Shown here in pieces: positions 1-12,325 of a DNA stretch of 64,000 nucleotides. The position numbers and the translations under genes are program-made. Origin of the DNA: Centroscyllium fabricii (taxonomy: Eukaryota); the NCBI GenBank assembly GCA_051313645.2, contig JBNRSN020000010.1:9362001-9426000 (forward strand). The letters are read 5' to 3'. Below the pieces are notes generated by a model that did no database searches, was not told where the DNA came from, and saw nothing but the letters and a program-made list of their open reading frames with translations. Numbering within the stretch: the first letter of the stretch is position 1; each line of letters begins with the position of its first letter.

Positions 1-236
1 TGGATGTTTTGAACGGAGAAGTCGTTCCACTGATTGGCTCGCTGCCAATCAGGTGGTCGCAAAAGCCATCTCGCACTAATTACGCCCTTCAGATTCTCAT
101 GAAGCTCACACGGAGCTCTGACAAGCTGGGCTAACTGCAATTTCTGAGTGCAAAAAAGAAAACCTGATTATGGGCAGTGCAAGTGTAATTAGCAGGGACT
201 GCACCCGACCGAAGGCTCCTCTGCAATTTCTGGTCC
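1..236. mobile_element. Right end of a PIF/Harbinger-type MITE (same family as 8552-9251)
   Basis: 60-236 is nearly identical to 9075-9251 and ends in the TIR ctgcaatttctggtcc followed by AAT. Confidence 0.75.
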
Positions 237-239
237 AAT

Positions 240-803
240 GGGTTTGAAAGTGACTTGTTTAAATCCGAAACTAGGGTCTTACGTCTAAACATTGCAAATA
301 GGTATGAGGGCTAGTTGGCTTAGATAGATTGGGAAAATTCATTATAACTTTGACAGAGATCTGTCAAAGTTATGAAATGCAAGAGATCCCACAACACACT
401 AAACAATAACATATTTTATTTTTAAAACATCACTTTTTTAACATTGCCATTACTAACATAAATTACCTATTTTAAACAAAAAATAAAAGTTTTGAAAATA
501 TATTTTATGTTTTTACCTGTGCTAAAAAACTACTTACCTTTGTTTAAATTATTTAAAAATAAAAAAACAGTGAAAGAAATACATCAATTGATTAAAATAG
601 AGACATACCTGCTAAAAATGGGTAGCAGGCCAATGCGCACCAGCTCTTGAGCAACCGCCCCCGCCCACAGACGGTATCAGAAACACTGCTTCTATGCGCA
701 AGCTCGGTGCACGCACATAAGCAGCACTTCCGAGGGCCGCCGGCGTGAGTACCCGTTCCGTACTCAGCCGTTTGGCCTGGGCGGCCATTGGAAAATCCGG
801 CCC
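240..803. mobile_element. Related Harbinger-type MITE abutting the previous one
   Basis: Right terminus ggaaaatccggccc|att; AT-rich core with cttacct motifs as in the other copies; left TIR poorly preserved. Confidence 0.5.
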
Positions 804-849
804 ATTATGTATGACAGTGGACGAGTAATGGCGAGCATTTAAAACATTG

Positions 850-2590
850 CTACATAATTCACACTAAATATACATTCCTTTAAGGCATATAAACCACACA
901 GATAAAAGTGGTACAACCATGGTTAACATGAACAGTTACAGATTGCATTCTGTCAAAGGAAGTTGTTGTTAATGCCGCAGATAGAGAAGTAAACCTGATT
1001 ATTGGGATGATTTTAGACTGCAGCAAAAGAGGACCAAGAATCTGACGAAGAAAGCGAAGACAGAATATGAAAGTAGACTGACGAGAGATATAACAAGTGT
1101 CTTTATAAGCTTCTATAGCTATATAAAAAATCAAAGGCTATCGAAAGTAAATATGGTTCCCTCACAGACTGCGACAAGATAAACTATAATGGGGTATAAG
1201 AAAATGACAGAGAATTTAAACAAATATGCTGTGCCTGTCGTCAGAGAACGAGAGACGAAATAATTCCCGGAAATAGTGGACAGCCAGGGGTGCAGCATCA
1301 TTAGCAGAGAAAGGGGTAGAATCTATTATTAAGAACGTGGTAACGGAATATATAAATAATATTAGGATTGCTCAGCTTCGACATGGATTTACGAAAGGGA
1401 AATCTAATTTGCTAAATCTTTTAGCGTTGTTTAGCTTGTAACTATCAGAAGAGATAAGGGGGAACAAGTGGACGTGTTGAATTTGGATTTTCAGACGGCA
1501 TTCGATAAAGTGCCAGACAAGATGGTATTCAAAAAAATTAGGGCTCATGGTTTTGGAGGCATTACACAATCATTGGATTGACGATTGGATAACGGACTGA
1601 AAATGGAGAGTAGGAATAATTTGGTCAATTTCGGGGTGGCAGGCTGTAAATATTGGAATACCGCAAGGATCAGTGCTTGGGCCGCAGGTATTTACAGTCC
1701 ACATCAATTATTTGGATGAGGGCACCAAATGTAATTTATCCAGATTACTGATGGTAAATTGAATATAATGTGGAGAAATATGAAGTTATCCACCTTGGTA
1801 GGAAAAACAAAAAAAATGTATTTTTTAAATGGCGTGAGATTGAGAAATGTTGGGCTTTCGAGGGAGCTCGGTATCCTTGTACACGAATCACTGAAATGTA
1901 ACATGCATTTAAACAAGCAATTAGGAAAGCAAATGGTAAGTTGGCCTTTTTTACAAGTGGATTTGAGTAGAAATATCAAGACGTCCTCCTGCAATTATAT
2001 CGAGTCCTGATGAAACATCCACTGGGCGATTGTCTACAATTTTGGTCTCCTTACCTAAGGAAGGATACACTTGCCAATGAGCGATTGCAATGAAGTTTAA
2101 GCAGAGTAATTTCTGGGACGGGTGAATTCTCAATTGAGGACAGATCGAGGAGAGTAGGCTTATATTTTCTAGAAGTTAGATGAATGAGAGTTGATCTCAT
2201 TGAAACATACACAATACTTACAGGGTTTGACAGGGTAGTTGCAGCGATGATGTATAACCTGGCTGCGCAGTCCAGAACCAGGTGTTACAGGCTCAGAATA
2301 AGGTGTCGGCCATTTACGAATGAGAAGAGGAGAGATTTCGTCACTCAGATGTTGATGAATATTTGTAATGTTCTACCCCAGTTAGCAGTGGAGCTTGTGT
2401 ATCTGATCATATTCAGACAGAGATCCATAGATTTTTGAAAATTAAGGGGATCAAGGGAGATGGGAATAGTTCAGGAAAGTGGGGATGAGGTAGAATATCA
2501 GATATGATCTTGTTGATCAACGGAGCAGTCTCGAAGGGCTAAATGGATTAATTCTGCTCCAATTTCTTGTGTTCTATAGTTCTTAGGAAT
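850..2590 (+). mobile_element. Degraded CR1 LINE (RT region and 3' UTR)
   Basis: Fragments resembling QHGF.KG, LDFQ.AFDKV, GIPQGSVLGP, RVDLIETY; CR1 3' tail gagcagtctcgaagggctaaatgg. Confidence 0.85.
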
Positions 2591-2899
2591 GCAACCTAAG
2601 GAAGCACTTCCATTATTTTCCGATTATCCGCCCACTATCCTGAGAGATTCCGTCCGGGGGTGGTATGGGAGGTCCCAGCGCTGCAGCAGACTAGCGGAAA
2701 ATTGTTAAGAAAGCATTGGTTGAGGTGGAATTTAAACTCGGTCATCCATTCAAAAGAGAACAGGAGACACCGTGGGTAGAGCTCATTATGTAGGGTGCAA
2801 TATTAATGATAAAATAAAAGCTTCTAAATTATCTAAGAATGTAAGGAATATCAAAGACATTTTGCTAAATATTCCGACTGGTTCACAAGTGAATCAATA

Positions 2900-3470
2900 A
2901 AGGAGGACATGTATGACAGGCAGTGAATAACGGATCATTAATTGCAATTATAGTAGTAAACCGAACTACATGGGAATCTGGAATCTAGGGACAAATTCAC
3001 CGCGAGATAAAGGAATTGGAACTGAGAGGAGTGATGTTTTACTGACACTTTTACACGTTTCCTCAATTAGAGAAGGTTGCTAAGGATCGGAGAGCGGCTG
3101 AAATAATTCCAGTATTCAAAACAAGGCCAGGAGAAATCCATTGGGTAAGCACGTGAGATCGGACCATTGTAAAGGGGACATATATTGTTTTAAGTGACGA
3201 TATGTCATCTATAACTAACCCACTGGAGGGTTTGACACACATCACTGGCCTGTAGGGCAGGGGAAATGCAGTTTGAATCATCCAGTCGCATTTTAATGAT
3301 GCAGCGGCCAAGGTTCCACATCTGCAAATGCGGAGCAATTATGGGATGTGCTTGGACACCAAGCAATGCATAGACAGCTCAATAAGAAATGTAAGTAGCT
3401 TAACGACAAATCGGAACCTGTAAAAGGTGGCTAACTATTGACCAACTGGTATTTTCGTTATTTAAAGTTG
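2900..3470 (+). mobile_element. Very old CR1 LINE fragment
   Basis: Residual similarity to the CR1 ORF2 DW..A.(V/I).P.FKKG region and AF.KVPH. Confidence 0.5.
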
Positions 3471-3789
3471 TTGTATAATCCATTGTTCCATAGAAGCTCA
3501 ACGGGCATGAGTGTATCGTACAACCAAATAAAAGTTAATGATACCAACAGAGGTGACACTGTTAATCCATAGATACCTAATGGGTGGGAGTAGGCAAACT
3601 GACCCATTCTATCTCTACTAGTTTCTTTGAAAAAGCAATCAACATTATCGACACTATTCTGCTCTCTTTCCCCGGACAATTGCTTTATCGTTTTGAAATA
3701 GTCACCTTATTATCCATTCACTAATCCCTCGTTTAAAACAATCCATGCTCAAGCAACCCTTTACGCAGTGCACTTCCGATTTTTATCAT

Positions 3790-4180
3790 AGTTTTGTATC
3801 GGGGAACGTTTTGAAGTTTTTACGCATAAAAATAAAAATGTAGATTTATTTTAAAGTTTTTAACTGGCCGAAAAGAATACTTACCTGACTTTAAACTTCA
3901 AAATAATCAAAAGCTGTTAAGAAAACAAATTCTATGAAATAAAGACTTACCTGCGTAAAATCTCCCATACTTACCACGACACAAAGATCGGAAGAAATTC
4001 AAAAATCCACTGCACACCTCCTGATGCACAGGCAAACCCGATCCAGCCGGCTGCAGCTCGCGATCCCCCGATGGATGTCATCGGAATTACAGGTAGCACG
4101 AGGAAACGGCTGCTACCTGCAAATAGGAGCTCGGGTTCGTGAGTACCTGGCTCAAAACCTCCCACCTAATTTATGGGCCA
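3790..4180. mobile_element. Partial Harbinger-type MITE
   Basis: Ends aatttatgggcc|aat; AT-rich segment with three cttacc motifs like the MITE at 240-803. Confidence 0.5.
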
Positions 4181-4961
4181 ATATCATTTTCATTTGACCT
4201 GGTTTCAGGCATTGTTTTAAACAAGTCAATTGCAACATTTTTAATAGTTAAGAACGTTGTGAATGCACATTAATTCATACATTCCTTAACATATGTGAAG
4301 GGAGAATGAATGTGACAGAATAGCAATAATATTACCAACGATACTTTTATGAACTGTACTGCTCAAGAGCAGACTCCAACATTGAGCTGAGTGAGAGACA
4401 CCAGTCAACGCAAAATCGAGATTCTAAGTCAATATCTGGAAAAAAATTGGTGAACGGTCACATCGATGAGCCGAGTTCCGGATCGCGATCCATTTGTCAA
4501 TGAGGAATGGAGTCTGCTAGAGAGTCCCGCTCCTATATTAATCACATCAAACTTTCATGAAAGTTACCAATATCGGCGATCCCAAGACCTTTGATTGTTT
4601 CGACAAAGAATGAAACTTTCTTGATGATCTTAAACTGGCGCGCCCAATCCCAGTTTCTGCAGTGTAAGGAGGAAACTCTGTTGCCAACCTGTCCGACACC
4701 ACTGCTGAAAATCAACATTGTTCGGTATGATCCCAGGAATTGAAATATGCTAAATTTTCCGAAATATGTTATGTTTGCTCAGTAGAAGCAGCGTAAAAAC
4801 TAAAGCAATGCAGTCATCAAAAGCATGCTGCAAAATGGAACAAATGTTTACAAGCGAACTCACCCATTTTGACATTTACAGAATGAAGGGCGTTCTACGG
4901 TGGAAAATACGCTGACATTGAGCTCCAGTTACAAAGAAGCTTTTGTGTAACCTAATTCTTC

Positions 4962-5872
4962 TTACTCTGATTTTCTAACTATTCTCAGAATTAGTGTCCA
5001 GGGCGATTTCACCACATGCTTCAGCTCTTCTCTGAATTTGCTCTGCGTCGCTGCATAAATACACGTGTTTTGAAAGCAACTCAAAAACTTCAGCAAGGCT
5101 CCTGTTTCAGTGGCGATGTATCCAGGATCCGTGTGGTCACCTCGGTAATTAGTCGTGCTTGTCAGCCTGGTAGTTACGAAAGTCACGGCATTGGTCAGCC
5201 AGAACAGTATAAAGCTGCCTGAAATAACGAACAATAAAATAATGGATTTTCTTCGGTTTTCCATCTCTTTATCGCTCTGTTTCTCAGTCCTGTGCCCCCG
5301 GAGTCCCCGGCGAGATCTGCTGGCCACTAAAATACGTCGAACAGTTAAATAATTAGATACGGCGATAACAGTAAAAGGAATCCAGAGAAGCCAGGAGCTG
5401 TGAAACCAGACATAAGCTATGCCTGGGGATGAGGTAAAAAAAGCTACACTTAACCCGCAGCCCCAATGCAGCTTGTTAATTATTTGCTCAGATTCAAAAG
5501 CAAACAAAACGGGAATGTCCTTTAAAAAGATGAGGACCGTGAACGCTGTTATAACCGTGATCGCAGTTCTCTCGGTGCAATATTTTGCCTTCAACCTATC
5601 GTAGCATATAACTACTAATCGGTCAAATGTGAAGGAGACGGTGAACCAAACAGACAGATCAAGTGTGACAACAGTCATGTACAGAATGAACTTACACACG
5701 GGAGTCCGGGAAAGGAATGGAAGGGGAAAGTGATAACTAAAAATATGATACACTATAATATTAATGATCATGACCATTAGATCTGCTGTTGCCATGGCTT
5801 CCATGTAGACAGAGATACACTTGGAAAGGCCGCAATTTCCTCGGGAGAGAATCGCGAGTGTCACAAGGTTCG
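4962..5872 (-). CDS. Orphan class-A GPCR, GPR139/GPR142-like, copy 1, exon 2 (TM1 C-half to C-terminus)
   Basis: Hydrophobic TM segments; FTFDRL (DRY equivalent), TM3 Cys and ECL2 Cys, NTCIY (NPxxY equivalent), SKFR helix 8; acceptor tcttacag|cg with polypyrimidine tract; spliced to exon 1 gives 326 aa. Confidence 0.93.
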
Positions 5873-6337
5873 CTGTAAGAAAGAGAGAGGAGAAAAATTA
5901 TGTTCCAGTGTCTGATCGAAATATATAGGTCGATACCTGCGGAGAGCATTTTACTCCATTCAGTGTGATTATCAATATGGAGCATTATGAGAACAGGATT
6001 AGCATTGTAACCATTACCTGGGACACGGACTTACATATTTTAATGAGTTTCTGCTGCGCTCAATCTGCACAGTGGTGTTGGAGGGTGGGGAGGCAGGGGC
6101 GCAAACACGCTCCGAAAAATCGTCCAAGTCCTTGTGTAGGTTCTTCAGAGAACATTGCAGCATTAGTGAGGATTTGGACTAAGGGATGCACGGTACGTGT
6201 GGATAGGTGATTTACGACCTGGTTCCATTCACTACCGATTATGTAATACTGATATTAATAAATACCTTACCTTGTCTAATATGCTGAACAGGTCCACAGT
6301 TAATCCTGAAAAACAATATAATGTTACAATGTCTCAC

Positions 6338-6407
6338 CGGGGACACCGATAGCTGCGAGAATCGGGTAATAAATCTCTGTTATCAGCAGCATAGGTAGTT
6401 GACCCAT
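6338..6407 (-). CDS. GPR139-like GPCR copy 1, exon 1
   Basis: ATG at 6407; MGQLPMLLITEIYYPILAAIGVP plus G|gtgag phase-1 donor joins exon 2 in frame (PANLVTLAILSR, typical TM1 of this family). Confidence 0.9.
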
Positions 6408-6485
6408 TTTCTATGCGAATTGATGAATTCTGTGTCGGAGATGAAAGACTCTGACTAGCGCACGGCTGAGTCAATGGAAGGGAAC

Positions 6486-6547
6486 CTATATTTATCCACA
6501 CATCAATCCTCCAGCGAGTCAATCAGGTTAATTGTTAATTAGCATTA
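6486..6547 (-). promoter_or_regulatory. Putative core promoter of GPCR copy 1: TATA-like GATAAATATAG, TGATTGAC and TAATGCTAATTA motifs
   Basis: Motifs lie 80-140 bp upstream of the ATG and are conserved at equivalent positions in the paralogues. Confidence 0.55.
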
Positions 6548-6717
6548 ATTGCAGTCATTGATCAAATAGAGACAGCTAAGATGTTTTCTACCTGATACGT
6601 CATATTAATGGAAACAGTTGAAATTTTTAAGGGAATGTTTAATAAAAATAAAATTAAATCATGCTTTACTATTACAGACTTCAATCTCACAGTACTGCTG
6701 CTGCCTCTCTTACTCCA

Positions 6718-7446
6718 TGATGTGTAATTGCCGGTGTTGGACTGTTTCCCGACTGGGAGGGAACACTCCTCCCAGTCGGGGAACATTTCAGCAGTCAAGG
6801 ACATTCAGCTTCCGATCTTCAGGTAAGCATTCTCCAAGGTGGGATTAGTGACACACGACAACGCAAAATCGTAGAGCAGAGGCTGATAGCCAAATTCCGC
6901 ACCCATGAGCACGGCCTCAACCGTGATATTGGATTTATGTCGCGCTACATGTGACCCCGCCTGACGTAGAGTCATCCAGACTCGAATCATCTTTGCCTTG
7001 TTCTGCGATTTTCAGTAAAAAAATCGTTGTTTTTTTAAAATCATTCTGTGGGATTTTCAAGGACAGCAGACTGTAATGTTTGACCCATTGTGACTGCCCC
7101 CTTTGATCTCAGGCTGACTGATATGTTAGAACACCTTTGATTGCTTTCATGTCCCTCAGCTGAGGTGTGATGTGAAACAACTGGAAAGACCACATTGTTC
7201 TCTCTCTATATATATGCTATGTCTAAATAAATCTCTTAAAATATGTTAATACGCCTTTGTGTGTTCTGTCTATCTCTGCTAAGGTGAGATGTGGGAGAGA
7301 TCGGATTTCTCCCTTCCTCCCATATGTGCGTTATTTATGTCAGTCTCTCTTACACCTGACGAAGCGGCAAAAGCTCCGAAAGGTTGTGATTTAAAATAAA
7401 ACTCTTGGACTATAATCTGGTGTTCTGTGACTTCTTTCATTTCTCT
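6718..7446 (+). mobile_element. 5'-truncated Penelope-like retroelement (GIY-YIG C-terminus, 3' region with degenerate hammerhead)
   Basis: 6769-6954 reads LPVGEHFSSQGHSASDLQVSILQGGISDTRQRKIVEQRLIAKFRTHEHGLNRDIGFMSRYM*; insertion absent at the paralogous sites; tactcca repeated on both sides. Confidence 0.8.
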
Positions 7447-7589
7447 TACTCCAGGAGCAGGGAAGGCATCCCCCTAGCACTACACGTCCTGAAACTATAT
7501 TTGCTTCATTTGTATTGCTCCAAGCCCTCCAGAAAATGCGGTGATCGAGGTTTGCGGTATTGATAGTGACCACATTCATGCAGTATTAA

Positions 7590-9560
7590 AGGTAACCGTG
7601 TTCTTCTGGTAGTTTTAGTATTCCTACACTTACAGTATAGGAGACAGTGTTCCCCTGGTACTAGTAGTATCCAAGCACTTACACTGGAGTAGACAGTGAT
7701 CTTTCCACTGAACCAGGTCGTGAACCGCCTATCCACACGTACCGTGCTACCCTTGCAGTAGAGGGGATATTGCTCCTTCAATACTAGTGGTGCCCCTACA
7801 CTTTCAAGAGAGGAGCAGCACTACTTCTGTACCAGTGGTACCCCTAAAATTACACTGGCGGAGAACGTGCGCCTCCAGTACTAGTGGTAACATTACACTT
7901 ATCATAGAGGAGTCGGTCCTCCTTCAGTACCAGTCCTGCCGCTACCCTTGCCGTAGAGTGGATATTGCTCCTTCCATACTAGTGGTGCCCCTACACTTAC
8001 AGTGACGGAGAACTTGCTCCACCAGTAGTAGTGGTAACACTACAATTACCATAGAGGAGTCGGTCCTCCTTCAGTACCAGTGGTGCCGCTACACTTGCAG
8101 TAAAGTGGATATCGCTCATTCAGCACATGTGCTGTCCCTACACTCACACTAGAAGAGAAAGTGCTGATTCCGTATTGTGGTACACTACACTGATACTCCA
8201 TTACCCTGCTCCTGCCGTGCTAGCTATATCCTTGCAGATAGACTAGTGCTGGACGTTATCGTCCTGTTAAAGTGGTTCCCCACACTTACACGAGCTGTGA
8301 TCCTGCATTTACGGAGCGAGTGGTAACTCTAGATATATACTAGTGGTGACCGTGCTTCACCACGTGCAGTCATAACAAGAAACTTACAATGTTAGAGATT
8401 GTGATGTTCTGTAATTAGGTCTATACTATAATTAATCACGAGCTGACAATCCCACACATGTGCTAGTGTTACCCCTACACATATATTAGAGCCATGATCC
8501 TGTACTATTGCTCAAACTATGCTTATATTAGAGCTGAGCACGCAACTCATTGGGCCAGAAATTGCAGTCTGCCCATATCGGGTTTAAGCTCTGGTGTGAG
8601 CGCAGCAGAGCGTAAACCCACAGGAAGCAGCCGGTTGCGCTGCTTCGGGTTTTCCTATGCCTGCCAGCGGAGGGGGAGGGGGGGTTGGAGTTCCTGCAAG
8701 GTCCTGCGCAGGAAGCAGCGAACTAGGGGTGCATCCAGACATTTTTTTTTTTTTACTTTTTCCACGGACCAAGACCAGGATATTCTAGGCTGGGAAAAAG
8801 CAGTCATAAGTATACGTTTTTATCTGGTAAGTGTGTATTTTATTGATTTGAATTGTTGTTTTTTTATGTTTTTAATTGTTGATAACTTTAAAGACAGGTA
8901 CGTATTTTTTTTTAGAGCTGCTGGAAGTTGAAAAATGTTTCTGTAATTGTTAATTTTTTCTTTAAAATAGTTGGGGTAATATTAAAAAAATGTGGTGTTT
9001 GTAAAATTTTATTTTTGTGTTTAGATGTCTTTTGGGCAATCTCTCCTTTCAGAACATGCACAAATTTCCCTGCTCAAAAACCATCTCGCACTAATTACGC
9101 CCTTCAGATGCCCATGAAACTCGCACGGAGCTCTGACAAGCTGGGCTAACTGCAATTTCAGAGTGCAAAAAAGCAATCATGATAATGGGCAGTTCAAGTG
9201 TAACCAGCAGGTGCTGGACCCGCACGAAGGCTCCACTGCAATTTCTGGGCCAATGTCTGCTTGTACCCTACAATTATAGTAGGTGTGTACATGTTCCCAG
9301 GTACTAGCGGTATCCTTCCTGCTACACTGATACGGACAATGTTCTTAGTGTATTAATGGCAGCATACATTTACACAACAGATAACCATCATCCTTCTGAG
9401 GTAGCAACACCCCTAAACTTACATTAATGGTGCTCAATTCCCCGCACTTAAACCAGCGGTGCGCCTGCTTCTAAGATACTAGAGGTACCCCCTAAACATA
9501 CACCAGATGTGATCGTGCTCGTCTGGCAATCGGGTGTCTACAGCTACAGCAAATATGATA
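7590..9560. repeat. Degenerate ~49-bp tandem array (cagtactagtggtacccctacacttac...), split by a MITE
   Basis: agtggt...tacac recurs at ~49-bp spacing, with 147- and 196-bp higher-order matches (7891/8038; 7750/7946). Confidence 0.75.
8552..9251. mobile_element. Complete PIF/Harbinger-type MITE
   Basis: TIRs gggccagaaattgcagt / actgcaatttctgggcc (1 mismatch); flanks ATT / AAT. Confidence 0.85.
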
Positions 9561-9719
9561 CTGTTTTTCCCCTACTATAGCTAATTCTATTCCTAATCGC
9601 GGCTCCACTTTTGTTGAACCCACAGCGACGCATCTATTGCTCTACTGGCGCTGAATCTGCGCTTGCAGCACCAGTGATATATCTACCGCTGGGACACAGG
9701 AAATAATACAAGAACATAA

Positions 9720-10075
9720 TACATTCTAAGGGTTCTAGATATAAAGGATAGGAAGGGCGTATTTCATTTAGCATAGAGGCCAATAACAAGAAGGCATAGT
9801 TTGAAAATAAGTTGTAGAAAGATTAAACGGGAGAGGATGATAGAGGGAGGTGGGGGTCTGGAACTCACTGTCTGAAATGGTAGAAGAGAAACAAAATCTC
9901 ATCACTTTAAAAATGTTTTTGGATATGGACTTGAAATGCAGTAACCTGCAGGGCTACGGACCAACAGCTGACACGTGGGATTAGGCAGGCAAACTATTTC
10001 TCAGCCGGCACAGACACGATAGTCTTATGGCCTCCATCTGTGGCGTAAATTTTCTGTCGTACATTTCTATGATTC
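9720..10075 (+). mobile_element. Old CR1 3' end
   Basis: CR1 3' ORF and UTR remnants; the same insertion is present in the duplicated unit at ~57510-57855. Confidence 0.65.
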
Positions 10076-10189
10076 TGTTCGGTCCATCCAGCCTGCTCCA
10101 CAATTGGTAGTTAGGATCAGATCAGCCTTGAATTTATTGAATGGCGGAGCAGGTTCGATGACCGGTTTGCCTACTCCTGCTCCTATTCC

Positions 10190-12325
10190 TCACGTTCTTA
10201 TTCAATAAAATCATGGACGATCTTCTGCCCAAATACAGCTTTAGCAGTAACCTCATATCCCTTTGTTCCCTGAGCATGCAAAAATCTATCTGTGTTGAAA
10301 ATAGACAAGGACTGAGGATCGACAGAGTTCTGGGGTAGAGGATTCCAAAGTTTCAGAACCCTTTGAGTAAAGAAATATCTCCAAAAATCAGTCCTAAATT
10401 ACGGAATCTATATTCTGAGATTGTGACAGCGAGTTCTGGATTTCCCAGCTAGGAGAATCATCCTTGCAGCATCTACCCTGTCAAGCCCGTTACGAATGTT
10501 ATACGTTGCACTGAGTTCACCTCTCATTCTTCTAATGTCTAACGATTATTGGCGTAATTTACTCAGTCTCTCCTCAAAGGATAACACCTCAACCTCGGAA
10601 TTAGTCGAAACAGCCTGTAAGGCAAGTTTATCGTTCTTTAGGTAAGGAGACGATAATTGTAAACAGTACTCCAGGTGTTGTCCCGCCAAGGGTCCGTAGA
10701 ATTACACTAAGACTTATCGAACCTTATACTACAATCCTTTTGTAATTACATAGAAACATAGAAACATAGAAACTAGGAGCAGGAGCAGGCCATTCGGCCC
10801 TTCGAGCCTGCTCCGACATTCAATGAGATCATGGCTGATCATCCAAACCCAGTACACCGCCCCTGCCCTCTCCACGCATCCCTATCGAGCCTCCATCAAC
10901 ACATATCCCACCCAATCCCCGTATCCCCACCTATTTAATCCCCCTAACACTAAGGGTCATTTACCATGGCCAATCAACCTAACCCCGCACATCTTTGGAC
11001 TGTGAGAGGAAACCGGAGCACCCGGAGGAAACCCACGCAGACACGGGGAGAATGTGCAAACTCCACACAGATAGGACCCGAGACTGGATTTGAACCCGGG
11101 TCTCCAGTGCTGTGAGACAGCAGTGCTATCCACTGCGCCACCGTGCCGCCCCGTGAAGGCAAAAATCAAATTTCACTTCCTAACTATTTGCACCACATGC
11201 ATGTTAACTTTCCTTGATTTGTTTGCAATGACATCCAGGTACCTCTGAATAACAACATTTCCAAATCTCTCAAAAATTAAAAAATATTCTGCTTTTACTT
11301 TTTTTCCCGCTGAAGTGGATAACTTCACATTTTCCCACATTGGAGTTCATCTGTCATGCTCTAACCCTTTCACTTCACCATTCTATACCAATTTGCATCT
11401 TATTTGCATGCTTGTCACAGCTTAGCAACCCACTTAACTTTGTATCAACAGCAAATTTGGATATATTACACTGAGCCCCTCGTCGAAATCATTGAAATAG
11501 TTTGTAAATAGCGGCAGCCCATGCACTGATCCTTGAAATACACAACTAGTTACAGCTTGCCGACCTCAAATCGCCCATTTATTCTTAATCTGCTTTAAGT
11601 TCGATAACCAATCCTCAGTCCATGCTATTATATAACCCCGAGTCCCATGAGCCCTTATGTTACTTAGCAGCCTTTAATTTGGCAACCTATAGAATCACTT
11701 CTGGAAATCCAAATATATTACGCCCGTTGTTTCCCCCTTATCTACTCCGCTAGTTACAGCTTGAGGACATTTTATTACATGTGTCAAATATGATTTATCT
11801 TTCATACATCTGTGTTGACTATGCCCAATCATATTTAGATTGTCCAAGTGTTTTGTTACCAAGTCCGTATTACTCGATTTTTTGCTTACTATTTTTTCTA
11901 CTATTGGCGTCAGGCTAACTGACCTGTGGTGCTGAAAGCTATTTTTTCCTATTTCTTGAATAGCGGGGTTACTATTCAAACTCTCAAATCGAGAAAGGGC
12001 GGTGCGGCATTATTCAATCTAGGAAATTTTGAAAGACGAAAACCAAGGCATTCACTCTCTCTGTAGGTACCTCTTTTAAAACCCGAGGGTGTTGGCCTTC
12101 AAGTTACGAGAATTGGTTGGCATTTGGTCCCATTAATTTCTCCAGTCTATTGCTTTACTGATACTCATTTTTTTAAGTTTCCCATTCCCACGAGATGCGT
12201 GGTTCCCCACTATTTCCAGATTGTTCCTTAAGGATTCTTCTGTGTGGACAGATATAAAGTATTTACTTAAAGAACAACGATTTGCGTATTCCTCATTAAA
12301 ATGTCTCCTCTCTATCTGCAATGGT
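10190..12325 (-). mobile_element. Degraded CR1 LINE interrupted by a SINE
   Basis: ORF 11695-11979 resembles CR1 RT (SVSLT..., GVIYLDFQK); paralogous copy at 57865-61208. Confidence 0.8.
10748..11152 (-). mobile_element. HE1-type tRNA-derived SINE, full length
   Basis: A box TGGCGCAGTGG, B box GGTTCAAATCC, V-SINE-like core, CR1-derived 3' tail with (TTTCTATG)n. Confidence 0.9.

Noticed and set aside
3877-3887. U1 snRNA 5' end (ATACTTACCTG)
   Set aside because: Only 11 nt match; the downstream sequence is not U1; it is a reverse-strand splice-donor-like motif in a MITE
6271-6305. 35-bp cassette exon in the receptor intron (ag...gtaag, similar in copy 2)
   Set aside because: Would leave a 32-nt upstream intron and shift the frame
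11080-11152. tRNA gene (also 39723-39795)
   Set aside because: A and B boxes belong to the SINE head; no complete cloverleaf, and it continues into SINE core and LINE tail
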